A program made the translations under genes and the position numbers. 64,000 nt of DNA, taken from Takakia lepidozioides (taxonomy: Eukaryota; Plantae; Bryophyta). The notes under the pieces are model-generated. The model was not told the origin of the DNA. It made no database searches and saw only the letters and a program-made list of their open reading frames with translations. Below, piece after piece: positions 37,308-51,100 of the stretch; the first letter of the stretch is position 1; each line of letters starts with the position of its first letter. The DNA lies in the NCBI GenBank assembly GCA_030704615.1, contig CM060731.1, positions 49,290,001 to 49,354,000 on the forward strand, read 5' to 3'.

Positions 37308-40300
37308 ATGGCAGTGTCCCATGCTTTCCTGAGCGGGCAGGGAGAGGTCATAGTCAAAGCACCGTGTCGGCCCTGCGATGAACGGGAGGGTGGCCTCACA
37401 TCTTTTGGCACATTAGAGGGACAGACTGTGGAGCTGAAATGGGCATCCCCTTTGGCAAGTCCGATTCTGAGATCCTTACATCCCATGGCTATGACGCCTC
37501 CCCAGCCTGCAAGAATATCAAAGGAAGGTACAAACACACATACATGCTCGTTTTTCTTGGTTCTGTAAATATTGTCCATCCAGGTTTTAAATTGTCCTTG
37601 ATCCATCTCTCAGCTTAAACCACACTCATCTTGGTTGAAGAAATTGAATTATGGTCATTACAAATTGAAGATTTGCAGTTCTTGGACACAGGTCAAGCAA
37701 TGAGCACAGAGGGGCTCTGGCAGGAGTTCTTCTCAGACCCTTCACAGTGGTGGGACAACGTGTTTGATAAGGTGAGCTATCTTCATGGAGGAAGCTAAAG
37801 AGTTTGTGAGCGACTGCCTGTGACTGCAGCTGGCATGATGATATTTTCTAAGCAGGACTAATATGAGGTCTTCATCGTGAAGAGCAATTTTGGTTGTGAC
37901 GTAACGCTTTGGTTGAGGTCATGGCTGCTTAGCTGCCTGGTGGTTTTCACAGAAAAATCTGAAGTCACCAGACCTCAGTGTTAAGCGAACAAAGGAGGTC
38001 CTTTGGATTGAGGGTTGCTCTGCATTTCCTTGGGTGGACGCAGAGCTAGCTGCCCTGATGCAAGGTCAAGAACATGCTGATACTGCCAAGATCAAGGGAC
38101 AGCAAAGAGCTCCAGGCCAAGAAAACAATGGGTATTGTCCTAATGAGGATTAAGGAGTTCAACTCAGATAGATAGAATTTGGTACAGATAATATCGACTC
38201 CAGTAGGTTTGTAAATCTGTCAATATGTTACAAGTTGCCAGTCTTTGTGACGAGCTGATCATTCCTAGTATCTAGTACCCTTGAGATTAATTATGAGAGT
38301 TTTCAGTATAACGGTTTGTAACTAAGAGTTCTCAGTCATGTAGGATGGCAAGGTTGAATCAGGCACAGTGGTTTGTTGGCCATCAGACTGGCGGCAGGGG
38401 TAGCACCCACACAATCCCCACTGCTTCTGAAAGGGGACCAAGAGAAGGAGTCAACAAAGACTCTTCTGGCACTTGTGGGGATTTAAGGACATTATGTAAG
38501 GCAGGACGACTGAAAGAAGCGCTGCATATTTTGAACCAACAAGACATTCAGGCAGACTCCGATACTTATGCCTGTCTATTTCAGGAATGTATCAACGTAA
38601 GAGGCTTAGCAGAAGGAAAGCAGGTGCACGCCAACTTAATACAGACTGGATTCAAGCCAAACATCTTTCTATTCAACACCCTGGTAAAAATGTATGCCAA
38701 TTGCGGGAGCGTGGTGGATGCACGCCAAGTTTTTGATAAAATGCTGGAGCGAGATATGTTTACATGGAACATAATGATAGCTGGGTATGCCAAGCATGGG
38801 GATCTCAGGGAGGCTTTTGAGATCTACAGGCGAATGCAACAGGAAGGGGTGACACCTGACAGGGTCACATTCATTTGTGTTCTCAATGCATGTGCCAGTG
38901 TAGGAGCCCTGGAAAAGGGCAAGGAGGTCCATGCTGAAATCATCAAAACTAATAATGCGCCATATATCAACTTGGAGAATACCCTTGTCAATATGTATGC
39001 CAAATGCGGGAGCATAAAGGATGCTCGGCAAGTGTTTGACAAAATGGTTGAACGAGATGTGGTCTCATGGAATGCCATTATTGGAGGATATGCTCAGTAT
39101 GGGTATGCTAGGGAGGCTTTTGAGATGTATGAACGAATGCAGGAGAAAGGGGTGATACCCGACCAAGTCACTTTCATTTGCATTCTCAGTGCTTGTGCCA
39201 GCATGGGATCCCTGGATAAGGTGAAAGAGGTCCATGCTGCAATCATCAAAACTGGAATTACTTCATATATGAATTTGGAGAATACCCTTGTGAACATGTA
39301 TGCCAAATGTGGTAGCATGAATGATGCCCGTCAATTGTTTGACAATATGGCTCAACGCGATTTGGTGTCATGGAGTGCAATGATTGCAGGATATGCTGAG
39401 CATGGCTGTGGTAGGGAGGCTTTCAATATCTACGAGCAAATGCGACAGGATGGAGTGAGACCTGACAGGATAACATTCACGTCTGTTCTCAGTGCATGCG
39501 CCAGCCTAGGAGCCCTGGAGAAGGGCAAAGAGGTGCATGATGACATCATCAAAACTGGAATTGTGCTAGACATCATTTTGGAGACTGCCCTTGCTGACAT
39601 GTATGCCAGATGCGGGAGTTTAAAGGATGCGCGTCGAGTGTTTAATGGTATGGCTAAACGGAATGTGGTCTCATGGAATGGCATGATTGCAGGATATTCT
39701 CAGCATGGGTGCAGCAGGGAAGCCCTCCAACTATTTGAAAAGATGCAACAGGAAGGCTTGAAGCCGAATGGTGTCACCTTCACGTCTGTTCTCTCTGCTT
39801 GCAGCCATGTGGGCCTAGTGGATGAAGGCTGTCATTACTTTGATTCCATGAGTTTTTATCATGGCCTCACCCCTACAGCAGAGCATTTTGGCTGCATGGT
39901 GGACCTTTTGGGCCGTGCAGGGCAATTAGACGAGGCACAGGATTTCATCGAGAAAATGCCAGTTGAACCAGATGCTTCAGTCTGGGGGGCCTTGCTCGGT
40001 GCCTGCAGAATTCGTGGCAATGTGGAGCTAGCAGAACATGCATCAAAATGCCTTCTCAAGTGTGATCCACAGCATGCTGCAACTTACGTGCCTCTATCAA
40101 ACATCTATGCCGTGGCTGGGAGGTGGGACGATAGAGCGATAGAGCGAAGGTGCGAAAATGATGGAGGAGGATAGAGGTGTCAAAAAGGAGCCAGGGCACA
40201 GCTGCATCGAAGTTGAGAATCAGGTCCATACATTCTTTGTAGAAGACAAATTGCATCCACAAGTCAAGGAAATCCATGCTGAGCTGAAGAGATTGTCTGA

Positions 40301-40590
40301 GCAGATGAAGTGGGCTGGGTATGTGCCGGACACGCGTTTTGTATTGCATGAAGTGGAGGAGGAGCAAAAGGAATTTTCTCTTTGCCGTCACAGTGAGAAG
40401 CTGGCCATTGCTTTTGGGCTGATCAGCACACCCCCTGGAACGCCCATCCACATCATTCGGGTGTGTGGTGACTACCACACCGCCACCAAGTTCATCTCAA
40501 AGATTGTTGGGCGAGCTGTTGTTGTACGGGGAGGCCAACCCCTTTCACCACTTCCAAGCGGGGGTTTGTTCTTGTGGGGAGTACTGGTGA
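37308..40590 (+). CDS. PDF-motif / PLS-PPR (14 motifs) / E protein with a broken DYW domain; exons 37308-37527, 37692-37771, 37953-38131, 38344 onward (open frame ends 40174; ancestral DYW ends 40590)
   Basis: All exons join in frame (phases 1, 0, 2), giving LWQEFFSDPSQWWDNVFDK|KNLKSPDLSVKRTKEVLWIEGCSAFPWV. 609-aa PPR ORF; frameshift in E2 from a GATAGAGC duplication; DYW remnant with CGDYH and a further frameshift before CSCGEYW*. Confidence 0.88.
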
Positions 40591-41653
40591 CATAGGCACA
40601 ATGCATGCACAAACGAAAGCGCACTGCTTCAAACATGAGGCTGAAAGACCATAATCTGTCATTTAATCATTTATGCAAATTAATGAGATGATTCAATGAG
40701 GACAGTCAATACTGCACTTTCTGCAAGGTGCCCATGGTGATAATCACACTTCAAGTACAATCATGGAGAATATTAGCAGCCAAACTTACTGCAGAGGATT
40801 TGCTGGCAGAATGGAAGGGACAGTGGTATGACAAACCAGAATGAACTTGGTAATTGTTGTTGCAAGGGCAGCGATTGGTTATAGTAGACGAGAGTGCTCT
40901 CGTTCTGGCACAGGAGCAACAAGTCTGGCCGAAGAGGCTTAGTGATTACTGGCCTTGCATATCTGCCTACCATGGTTTTCATGGCATAACTGCAAACTTC
41001 AGGGGACTCTTTTGTTGTAGAGTCAAGCAGTCAACAAGGCTTACCACAAGTCTTTGGTGGTCATCCCTCACCTTGTGAGAAATGCAATGGTTTCAGGCAA
41101 ATATGGAAAGTGGCCAATGATCTCCCTCCTTTAGAAAGGGCCTGAATTGCAAGCTATGGCTTCCAGGTTTCCCTTTATGAAGGAAATAAAGAAACCTAGA
41201 CCCAAACATTGGGGTATGGAACCTGTTCTTCGTACAGACCGAGCTCGGTCAAAACTTGCAATCGTAGCAGTAGAGAGTTCGGCTGCCTACCACCTCTGTA
41301 CTCGTCCATCCACGAGTGCTTTTGCTTCAAATTCTACGAGTTCTTCTCTCCTTTGAAATATACTCCAGTTCATCAGGTCTGTTTTGAATCATAGGAACAG
41401 TTTTTTAACTGTCCTTCCATTCTTCAGAAGATCCCTCACTCTTAGACCTAGAATTTCTGCCAAGATACTGTAGTGGGTTTCAAAGATTTGGACAATGTCA
41501 ACTCTTCCATGCGCGAAGCACACGCGACCAGCGCTACTTCGAAATTTTCAAACCAAAAACTCATACTCGAAGTTTATCTCGATTAATAACTCCTGAAAGA
41601 GATGAGAGGAGTCTCCGGAGAGGTGGGCTCCAAGTGGATGAACAAGCCGATGG

Positions 41654-41785
41654 ATGAGACCACGCAGAGTGGAAAGGAAGTGGGCAGACAGACGACGCGA
41701 GAGGGGGTCCGATGCGGCTTGCAAGGATTTTGTATGGGCGGCATTTGAATTGGCACAGAGAGGTTTGTGCACTCGCTTCCCTACC
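41654..41785 (+). pseudogene. Degenerate tandem duplicate of APEM9 exon 1 and its splice donor
   Basis: GAGAGGGGGTCCGATGCGGCTTGCAAGGATTTTGTATGGGCG...GAGGTTTGTGCACTCGCTTCCC aligns to 42148-42230; 2 extra nt before the GT change the phase. Confidence 0.75.
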
Positions 41786-42099
41786 TCCTGAGCTTATTAG
41801 AAGGATGCTAACAAGTATATCTCTGGATTGAGGACCTGGGCATTAGCCAGAAAACCCTAAGAAGCCAGTGTCTCAGTTTGTGAATGAGAATTTGGGTAAC
41901 CATGAAGATGTGGAGGTGCTCTGCTGGAGGTGAGAATTCACCAGAGCAGTGAGGATCGCACTGAGAAGTGGGTTGTGTTGGAGGGAAACGAGGAAGAAGG
42001 GAGAGGCAAGCAGTGTTGGCAATTGAATCAATTTAGTGCGGTATGCAGTGTTGGTCACAAAATCTGGAAAAGCAATCCGGAGCTGCTGAGGACAGAGGG

Positions 42100-44783
42100 A
42101 TGGGGGAGAGTGTGGAGAATGGAATTGGGCAGTCAGACGCTGTGAAGGAGAGGGGATCCAATGTGGCTTCCAAGGATTTTCTATGGGCGGAAATTGAAGT
42201 GGCGGAGAGGTTTGTGCTCTCGCTTCCCCCCTCTTTTCTTGCTCTTCCTTGAGCATCACTACTTGGTGTCAACGTGGTTTCTGTTTCTTAGAACATGGTT
42301 GGGTTTGACACAATTTTCTCATCTTGAATTTCATTCTGTTTTTTCCAGTTTCAAGCGAGTGCTTATTTGGCAGGAATTATCACGGGAATTGAAGAATTAT
42401 GGCATGATAACCACATCATTTGACGCTGTGCGCAGATATTTAGTAAGTGCTATGTTCGAGAGGGCAGCCATAGCGGCATCGACAATGATGCAGACACTCT
42501 GCAGTAATGTTGCCTTAAGAAATGGAATCGTTTCAGGTTACACATTAGGTCTTGTCGCTACCATGGGCGATGAGAGTGACGACCCAGAGGAGAGGAAAGC
42601 TGACGGTGAAGTGGGAACATCAGAGCATGAACATATGGTAGAAGCTGCCGGCATGGTGTTGCTGCAGGCGTACTATGCAACGGGCAAGTAAGGTTCAATA
42701 AAGGAAGCTCTGGTCATTATGAAACTGGACCATTCTGCAAGCACCAAACAATCTGGGATTAACCTCAATATAGATGTCTTATATGGTCAGGGTTAGTGGT
42801 TGGATGGCCTGGCACACCTCCTAGCAATGGTGACCCTTAGTTGAATTGCAGTGTTGCATGGCAATGAATGGCCCGGGATGGGTGGATCCCTGCAGCATTG
42901 TGTGGAAGTGCATTCCCATGGATCTGATTAAATGCAATTCAAAATACTAGATCATCTGTGTGGAATTTGGGGTTGATGCAATCATTTGTTGGCACGAATT
43001 TTGATGTGCAAAGAAAGTGCATTTGTTCTCCGTTTGCTGTACATCTGAATAGATGAAGTTGTTTGAAGCTTAACAATGGGGCTTAGGTGAGAGATATTGT
43101 GGTTATCTCATATTCTGCTACGTTCCTTGGTTTGTCTCTCTGCTATCCTAACCTGTTCCTCCTTGTGGCTTGATTTGTTTGTCTTGTGTGGCAGGGTTGG
43201 TGAGTTCTTTGAGTGTCTGAGATCATTCAATGCTGGGGTTGCTACTTTGCCACCAACCCTCGTTATTGCCGGGTAATTGTCCATTCAGTGTAGAGGCTAG
43301 TTGTTTTTGCTTCCTTTTGCATTGGCTGTTGTAAGGTTGCATAAAAGAAAGATGTGAACACAAAGTTTGAATCAGCTTGCTTTTGTTTCTGTGAACAGGG
43401 TTTGTTTGCAAATTTCAGAGGGTGTTTTTTCATCAGCCCGGACAGCTCTTGAGGAATTTTTGCCTACCACAGGCAAGAAAGGCACTATGTGGGGTGTCTG
43501 TTCTTGCTCCAATGGCCAGTCAAGCAGCAGGAAGCTGGTGGCAGAAAATTACACTGACATTGCAGAACTCTATGCGGTACAGGTGCTTGCAAAGGGTTTC
43601 AGGGATCCGAAATCAGCCATGGAGTGGGTAAAAGTTGCAAATTTGACGGAAGAGAGACAGGCGGTAAGATTTTCTTTTTTCTTGAGGCACTTGCTATGGA
43701 GTTGCATTGTCACATTTGCAATCCTTCAACAGTTGAGTTTTGAAATGCCTAGAAAGGTCATGTGTGAGAGCTCCATATAGACATTGAGTAGGGCAGACTT
43801 ACAGAGATGAAGAAAGAAATAAACTCATAGAGAAACTCAGAAGAAACAGTAATAAATGACAGGAACCAGGCTGAGTGAGACAGGCTGACCAAGAGGAGAG
43901 AGCCTGAAAATCACATGAAAAGGGTGTAAATGTCTGAGATGCTTCCATGCAGGGAATTATCAGAAAAATTCAGGTGCAGATGGCAACCAGTGGAAATGGG
44001 CCTGCAGATCATTCAGATTTGCAATCTTACTCAGCACCAACCAGTGTGTCCCTGCTGGAAGGTTTTGTGTCCGAGAAGACCCAGGAAGCTCCTGAGAAAA
44101 AGGATCAGATTTATGAAGGGGCAGATGAGCATGGTACAAATAGACCATCAATAAAAGCTCGATCTCTAGCGATTTTCAAAGGATTCAGGCTTTCTGAAGG
44201 ATTTTTTTCAATCAGGATGTTGTTGGAACTGGCTATGGTGCGGCTGAATGCTGCTGGTTCGTCAAGGTGGCCAACACTGTACAGGGCACTGCCTGAGGGG
44301 AGGGCACTTGCCCTTGGTGCACTGTCATCTCTGTTGTTATTCATTCTTGTTAGACAACGGCGCTACTTGAGAAGGTGAGAATCTCTGCTGCTTTCTTTTG
44401 GCAGCTATAGCAGGGTGTCTGTGTCCATGAGTTACATCAGAAACTGTGGGTTGAGGGTTTCTGATTCCCATAGGCCCCTGAAGTTTGAGCTTGAGAGATT
44501 ACCGAGCATTGACTTTGCTCTAGTGTATTTGGGTATGGGCTTTGGCTCAGCAAGAAAGGAAAAACACAGCTAGATAAGTACTCAATACTTCTGCAGTGTA
44601 TTCTCAAGCTATGGAGTTGGGTGCTTATGTTCTTATGACAGGCTTACTGGATATGGTGGCAGGGTTACAAGGAAATCAGTAAGTGCGCTTGGAGTGGGAC
44701 TTCGTGACTTGTGGCAACTGGCCTTTAATGTACAGATCAACCCCTTGGCAGCCATGCAACCTCTCTCTTCATCACAGTTTTAA
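42100..44783 (+). CDS. APEM9: Peroxisomal tail-anchored protein APEM9 (PEX26/DAYU-like); exons 42100-42209, 42436-42687, 43195-43272, 43399-43663, 43953-44374, 44642-44783
   Basis: LWAEIEVAER|YLVSAMFERA, MVEAAGMVLLQ, G|VCLQISEG, ELYAVQVL...AMEWV...EERQA|GII, a C-terminal TM segment and DLWQLAFNVQINPLAAMQ match plant APEM9; all introns GT-AG and in frame. Confidence 0.88.
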
Positions 44784-46854
44784 GCCACAATGGTATTTGC
44801 AACTTCCCCACGTTTTCCACTTCTTCAGGGATTGTAACCAGATATTGTGTGACATGATGACTACAACTTCTGGCTTTGAGCACTGATCGTGCAGACAAGC
44901 ATTGATCAGTCGTTGTGACAAAGTTCAAACTGCTTTCATATTGAACCAAGATCTGTGGCTGTCAAAGACACATTTTTCTATTTCTTACCCTTTGTGAGCT
45001 ATCGATCAGGTTGTTGTTATGTCTGTGAGGCTGGTCTTCTTAGGCCTCTGCATGGTAGGAACGCACTGTGAGTGGAACACTGAAAACAAGACTTGGACAT
45101 CAATGCTGCCTCTGCATGAAATCAGGGTCATGTTTCCTGTGCTCCACTCGTAGCTGTGGTCCCAGAAGTGAGAGTGGTGGACACATGTTTTGGTGTCCTT
45201 CTGGTGTTATGCTGGCAACTACATATTTGTCAAACGAAGTCTCAAGGTTTCATGAAGAGAGCCCCTTGTTACTTGTGGACACGCCCTATGGCAAGGTTAA
45301 ATATTTCCTTGCCACTTTTAATACCTTGCAGAGCTTCTTCCCCTTTAAAAAAAATATTAAGGTCCCATAGCTAGCTGGATGCACAAACATACAGTGGAAT
45401 GTAGAATGTACCAGGCTGAGGGCTTTGCTTGGTTTAAGGGCCAGCCAGAGAAGAATATTATGCCAGAGAGGAACATTATGATGTAATTTCCAATGGCATT
45501 TTCAAGTGTGTCCAACGGTTATATATCACAAGAAAGGCATGCCAGCGGTTACACATGATAGGCTGTCACATAGGCCCTCTGCTACAGAAATAAACTGACC
45601 TAAAATTAACAAAGAAATTTTCTGTCCAGGCTTTTTTGTACATTGTGGTGGCATCTCTGATGTTCATGAAGCATCCAGAGATGAGAGATCAGAGGGAAAA
45701 AATAGTGCGCACCAAGTTGTTCCCAAGCTATGTCTTTTCCCAATCCCTCCATGTAAACCGCATCGAGAGACATGAAGCCTCCAGGTGCAAAAATCTGAGT
45801 CAGCCCAACTTCGGTTCCCTCTTCATATGGAGCCACAAGTCAGAAAGCCCTTCATTCAATCAAGATTCAAAGTCCCGACAACTTGGATCTGGCATCACCC
45901 CTTCCCTCCGCAATTCTTTTGAACTTCCGTCTTACCCTTTCGATGTGAACTCACTGGGGTGATTCCTCCATCGATGAGAGCGCTGGACGTTAACCAAACT
46001 TGATTTGATATAGGATTTTCAGTGTCTTTTACACGGGTAAGTTGACTGTGAACTGGAAATGACGAGCCCGGTGGGCCCAGCGTCCCCAAGACAGTGTTTT
46101 AAAAAATGTATGTACAGTTTCCACCTGGAAAGGAGCCACCCTGGTTAACTAATTTGAACTCTGATTGTAAAATGTGTCGGGCGGGAATCGGCACAGAGTA
46201 AATTGAATATGAATTCGAAATTGAAAACTACTGGAGCTGTCAGGGACACGAACATGTTTGATGTGTGTTTATAGCTTCCATGGCCCGGTCAATGCTGTGC
46301 CGTCAACTCATCTCCCTCCACTTTACTGCCTGGAATCATTCCTTCAATAAACTATCATCCTACTAACTAAGCACCCATTAATCAGGGTTTCTGTGCGAGA
46401 ATATAATCTCCTAGTTGCTAAATTATACCGCCATCCTGCCCAGTGTCCACCTACACAGATCGGTCTGCGGAGCCAACGTCCTTGGATGCAAAATGAGGAG
46501 AAGCACATTGCTGCCAGATATGAGTGCACGGACACAGCGTTTATGTTGTTCTGTTGGAATCCTATGCCAACATTGCGGGTGATCAAAGGCACACACTCAT
46601 GAGTACGTCGGCAACAAATGTGCTCGCTCAATATAAAAATAGCTCAACACTTTAGTACCTACTGCTTTCATTCTTGAGCTTCTCTCTGCCACATCATGGT
46701 TGGGTTGGATTGAAACTTGGGTTTTCATTTTTGTGTGCAGAGTGCAGAGAATCTTGTGTAGGTATGTGACATGGCGACAACATAGAGTTCTCTGACGGCT
46801 GACTCTCTGACATGTTTGCACTGTTGTGGGCATTTTAGAGTATCAAATACAGTA

Positions 46855-46876
46855 GGGGGGGGGGGGGGGGGGGGGG
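46855..46876 (+). repeat. Poly-G tract (22 G)
   Basis: Direct read; followed by a purine-rich stretch. Confidence 0.9.
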
Positions 46877-48130
46877 TAGTAAAGAGAGAAGCGGAGGTAG
46901 AGGAAGGGTAGAGTTAAGAGTAGAGGGAGGCAGTAAAGATACAAGATAAAGTGAATACGAAGCAGGGTTCCCGCGCAGAGGTGGACACTGTGCACTTCCT
47001 CGTGTGAGGGGGAGGAGGGTCGGGGCAATGCACACTCCATCTCCATTTTTAAAAGAGCTTGTGTCAGGGCAAGGAATGAGCTGCTCGCCAATCTTTCTCC
47101 AGTTTTGTAAAGGTGATTGTCAGTTGTGCAGGTGAGCTTGTCAACGATTCGGCCCTAGTCCGTCTCGGCTTGCACTAAGCTCTCTCTGTCTCTCCCTCTC
47201 TTCTCAAACGGTGTTTGTTTCTCTCCTTGGACCGGTTTTGTGGGTGATTTCTTCCTAGCACTGTCTCGTACAAGCTCCTTTCTTGCAGTCTGTATCCCTC
47301 GTTTTTGTCCCCCCCCTCTGTTGGTGTTCAAGTTTCCGGTTCCGTAGCAATCCAGGCTTATGTCAATTCACTTCTATCTCTCTCCCACACGGGCGCACAT
47401 GCACCCCGACACCCAGACTCTTGCTTGCTTCACTGGCATATAGACCGTGTATCGATCTCTTTGGCCCGTGAAGTGTCGAGGTGTTTGCTTGAGGTCGAAT
47501 AGTCGCTGTTTGTCAGCTCGCGGAATTCATTCATGTTCGCATTCAGCTTCTCCGCCCATTTTCTCTTGTGGACACTGGGGGAAGGTGGAGTGATTGCTAG
47601 ACCTGAGTGCGAATTGAGAAAGAGACAAGGTCTGTAACCAGACTGAGCCAATGCATTAAAGAGAAATGCAGACGAGGCCGAATTTTTCACCAGAGTTTGA
47701 TTTGTATTCGATCCTAACCTCGATGTACGCCGTTCTCTGAATCAGTCCTACTTACTTCCCCCATGTGCATTTTTTGTTTTTGTTGCTTTGACTCACCCGG
47801 AGATGTATTCCCAACACTTCGATTCTCTTGGAGGAATATGATTGAAGAACAAATCTTCCGTGCTCCGGAGAGTGTGTAGGAGATTTTCTGAAATGCATAT
47901 GCTAAATGTGCAGTCTATTTCTTCTTTTATTAAGCCTCTGGTGCACTGGGCACAACACGATAGTATTTGTCTGGGATATGGGCAGCTATTGACGAAGGAA
48001 TAGTAACCGAATGGAAAGGGACACCGAATGCGCAGGTATGGATTCGAAAGGCGGCCGGCATCATGAGCGCTCTTAGGAGGGAGGCCAGAAAGCTGCAGTC
48101 ATAGTACACACGGTCATCGAGAAGCGGCAA

Positions 48131-51100
48131 ATGGCTGCGGTCCGCAAGAAGGGCCGAGGGGGTGGAAGTGGGAAGACGGAGGCGCTACCCCCGGGAGAGA
48201 CGCCTTCCATTTCACCCCCCCTGGTAAACCCCGTAAAGGAAGGTGACAAGAGACCAGCTCCTCAAAGTTTGACAGCCCTCGTCTCTCAAAGCTTCCAGAG
48301 AGATAGAGGGGAGAGGCCGCTTCCAGAGAGCATCCGCAACCCACTCAGCGACTCTGGACCTCGAATCTCTGTAAGACTCAGCAGGCACAAGAAATCAGAG
48401 CCAAACAGTTCTGAAAACACTCCAAGGTATTCAATTGCTCTGCTCTGGATTGTGGCACATTCATTTCCAAGTTCTTGCTTGTTACAAACCAGACAGCTGA
48501 AATGTAGGTACTGAGGCATACGATATCATAATGTTGATGTGCATGCCATTAGAGCCATAGAGCCACTGTGTGCCAACAGCACGAATTTCATAAGTGAGAG
48601 TATGTGTCTTCTTTGGCTAAGGAATGGGGACCTCTATTAATTCTATTCTGGTGTGGAACTCGCTCGGGTTTGGTGGAAGAGTTCCTCTTGATGGCCTAGT
48701 TTGAGGACTCACTGTGACTCAAGTTGTTCTGGCACAACAGAGCATTTTTGGGGTTGAGGATCGAAACTCCCTAATTGGACACAGATGGCTGTTATTAATA
48801 AATCTGAGCCCAATTCTGAGTATTCGTTGAAGATATGTTTGTATCGGGCAGTTTGATCAGGCACCAAGTGTCTAAAAATCTCCTTGACATGACAAGAATT
48901 TTTGTGACTATATTGCTGTCCACTACATAATTGTATCTTGTCAGATGATGTTGTATCGCACCTGAATGTGCAAGATGTATGATTGCTTCTGTTTGGACCT
49001 CTGGTCCTTTCAGCCCCTTCTGTGGCTGCAGTAAAGTTTTCTTCCCCATAAAGTTTTCCTTTTGTACCATAAGCTCTTTAAGCTTTCTGCGGACATTTAG
49101 AATGTTTCATTTCATCTCATTTCTTCTGTCTGTCTCGAGATGGATGAAGAGAGGTGAAAAGAAATCTTAGAATTGGCCTCTGGGGTTGTGTGCATCTTTG
49201 CATGTGAGGTGCAATACTACATTCCATGCCTGCTCTTAATGAATTTTTTCTACCGTTCTTTTGTGCAGGCTGAAGGATCTGATCAGGTCTGGAGCAAAGA
49301 ATGAGGAGAAAGAAAAGAAGTTTTATGAAGCGGTTCAGAAAACTGCATCCTCAAAGTGTAGGAGTTCATGCAAAGGGAATGAAGGTCAAACCATCAGCAA
49401 CTTCTCATGCAAAGCGGTGGGGGACGAGAAGTTGGCTCACAAAAGTTTGAGATGGGGTTTTGTGGAAGAAAAATTGATGCATTGCACTGCCTTGAAAGAG
49501 GAGGATAGAGGCCATGAACACTCTAGAAGGTCAACCCCAAGGGCTTCTTCCGTAAATGTACTGAGAGAAGGTAGGCTAAGTGCAGGTGGACTTGCTCGCA
49601 GTTCCAAGGGGGAGGATAGGTGCCAATCATCAAAGACTTCCCCGACATCTGTGGATTTGGCTTCACAGTTAAGGGGAGGGCGCAGCGTGTCACCATTTGA
49701 GCTTTTTCGTAATGAGGCTCTTCAATCAAATTTTCCTGTAAAGTCTATGTGCAGTTGTGGTTCAGGCCGGAGTTCAGTGGTTACCTCCCCCTTGCATGAG
49801 GCACTTGGTTGTATCGACGAGGAAGATAAAAACCACTTCAAAGTCTTCCCTTTCTCCGCAGGAGACAGAAGCCATCCAATAGTTTCCCCACCAACAGAAA
49901 TTGCAGGATTGGAGCATTCCAATCTTAGGTTCACAGACAGAATGGCTCATGATGGTTCACAAAACTTGTATCCAAGGCCTTCCTTCACCCAGTGCATGAG
50001 TAATGATGATAGGAACCGTGGACCTGAACTTCTTGGGAGTTATCAAAATAATCTTCAGGGAAGACTAGCCCTTCTTGAAGGGAGGGTAAGCCAGATGGCA
50101 GCTGAGCTAAGAGAAACGAAGAACATGTTGGATGCAAACAACCCGATTTGCTCCAAGGCCCTCCTCACTGATATTCAATCAAAAATTTCCAACATTGAAA
50201 AAGTCATGACAGGTTCTAGAGTGGGTGCCACGGCTTTTCCACCCCCCCATGAGGGCAGAAGCTTACAAGATCGTGTCTTGAGTGGTCGTGAAAGCTCAAG
50301 AGGGAGCAATGACCTAGATTACAGTGGGTATCACATTGGCAGCCCACGCCTGGCAGCATGTGATGTTTTTGATGGGCAAGATGGAAATGAGAGGCCTTAC
50401 CCGCATCACAAGCTCACTAAACAAGGACCGTCACTTCATCAAAAACTCATAGAGAACCGGGCTGCACTGCATGAGAAGCTGAAGCAAAATCGAGAGCTTC
50501 TCAGGACAAAGCTTGCGGCGCTTGGAGGGAAAAGGCTGGAGAGCAGCACTTGTGATGAGGGGGCAATGGTTGCTGCTGAGTTTTTTACTTCTCTTGATGA
50601 CGGCCACAAGCAGGGGATCCAAAGAGCAAAGGACTTTGCACAGGATATGATGGAAAAGAACATTTGCCCTGGTATGAAGGAGAGAACTCCTGAAGCTTAT
50701 GGTACTTGCAGACTGCTTGGAGGTTGCGCTATGGTTTTCCTGAAGTTTGGAGATATTTGAGGCACATTAGCTGCTGCTTGTTGCTTAATTGTATAGCTAT
50801 CTTATTTGCTCCATATTGTAAACCTCTTTATGTCAAGCTGGCAGCTTTTAGCTCATGAGTTCTCTCTCGAAGTCGGTATCATGGAAACCCCAGGTAGCCC
50901 ACCTTGAATATTGCATCTTGTTAGTTGGGCCACAAAAGTGGGCCTGTTGTAGCTTTTTGTATTCCTTGCAGCTGACAATCTGTTCGGCCTGTTGCATATG
51001 ATTGGAGCTATAATAACTGATTTAGTTTTTGTTGATCCTCAGGGAAACTCTCTTCAGCAGTGTCCTCCAATGGGACTGGCATTATGCAGGGCTTCACAGA

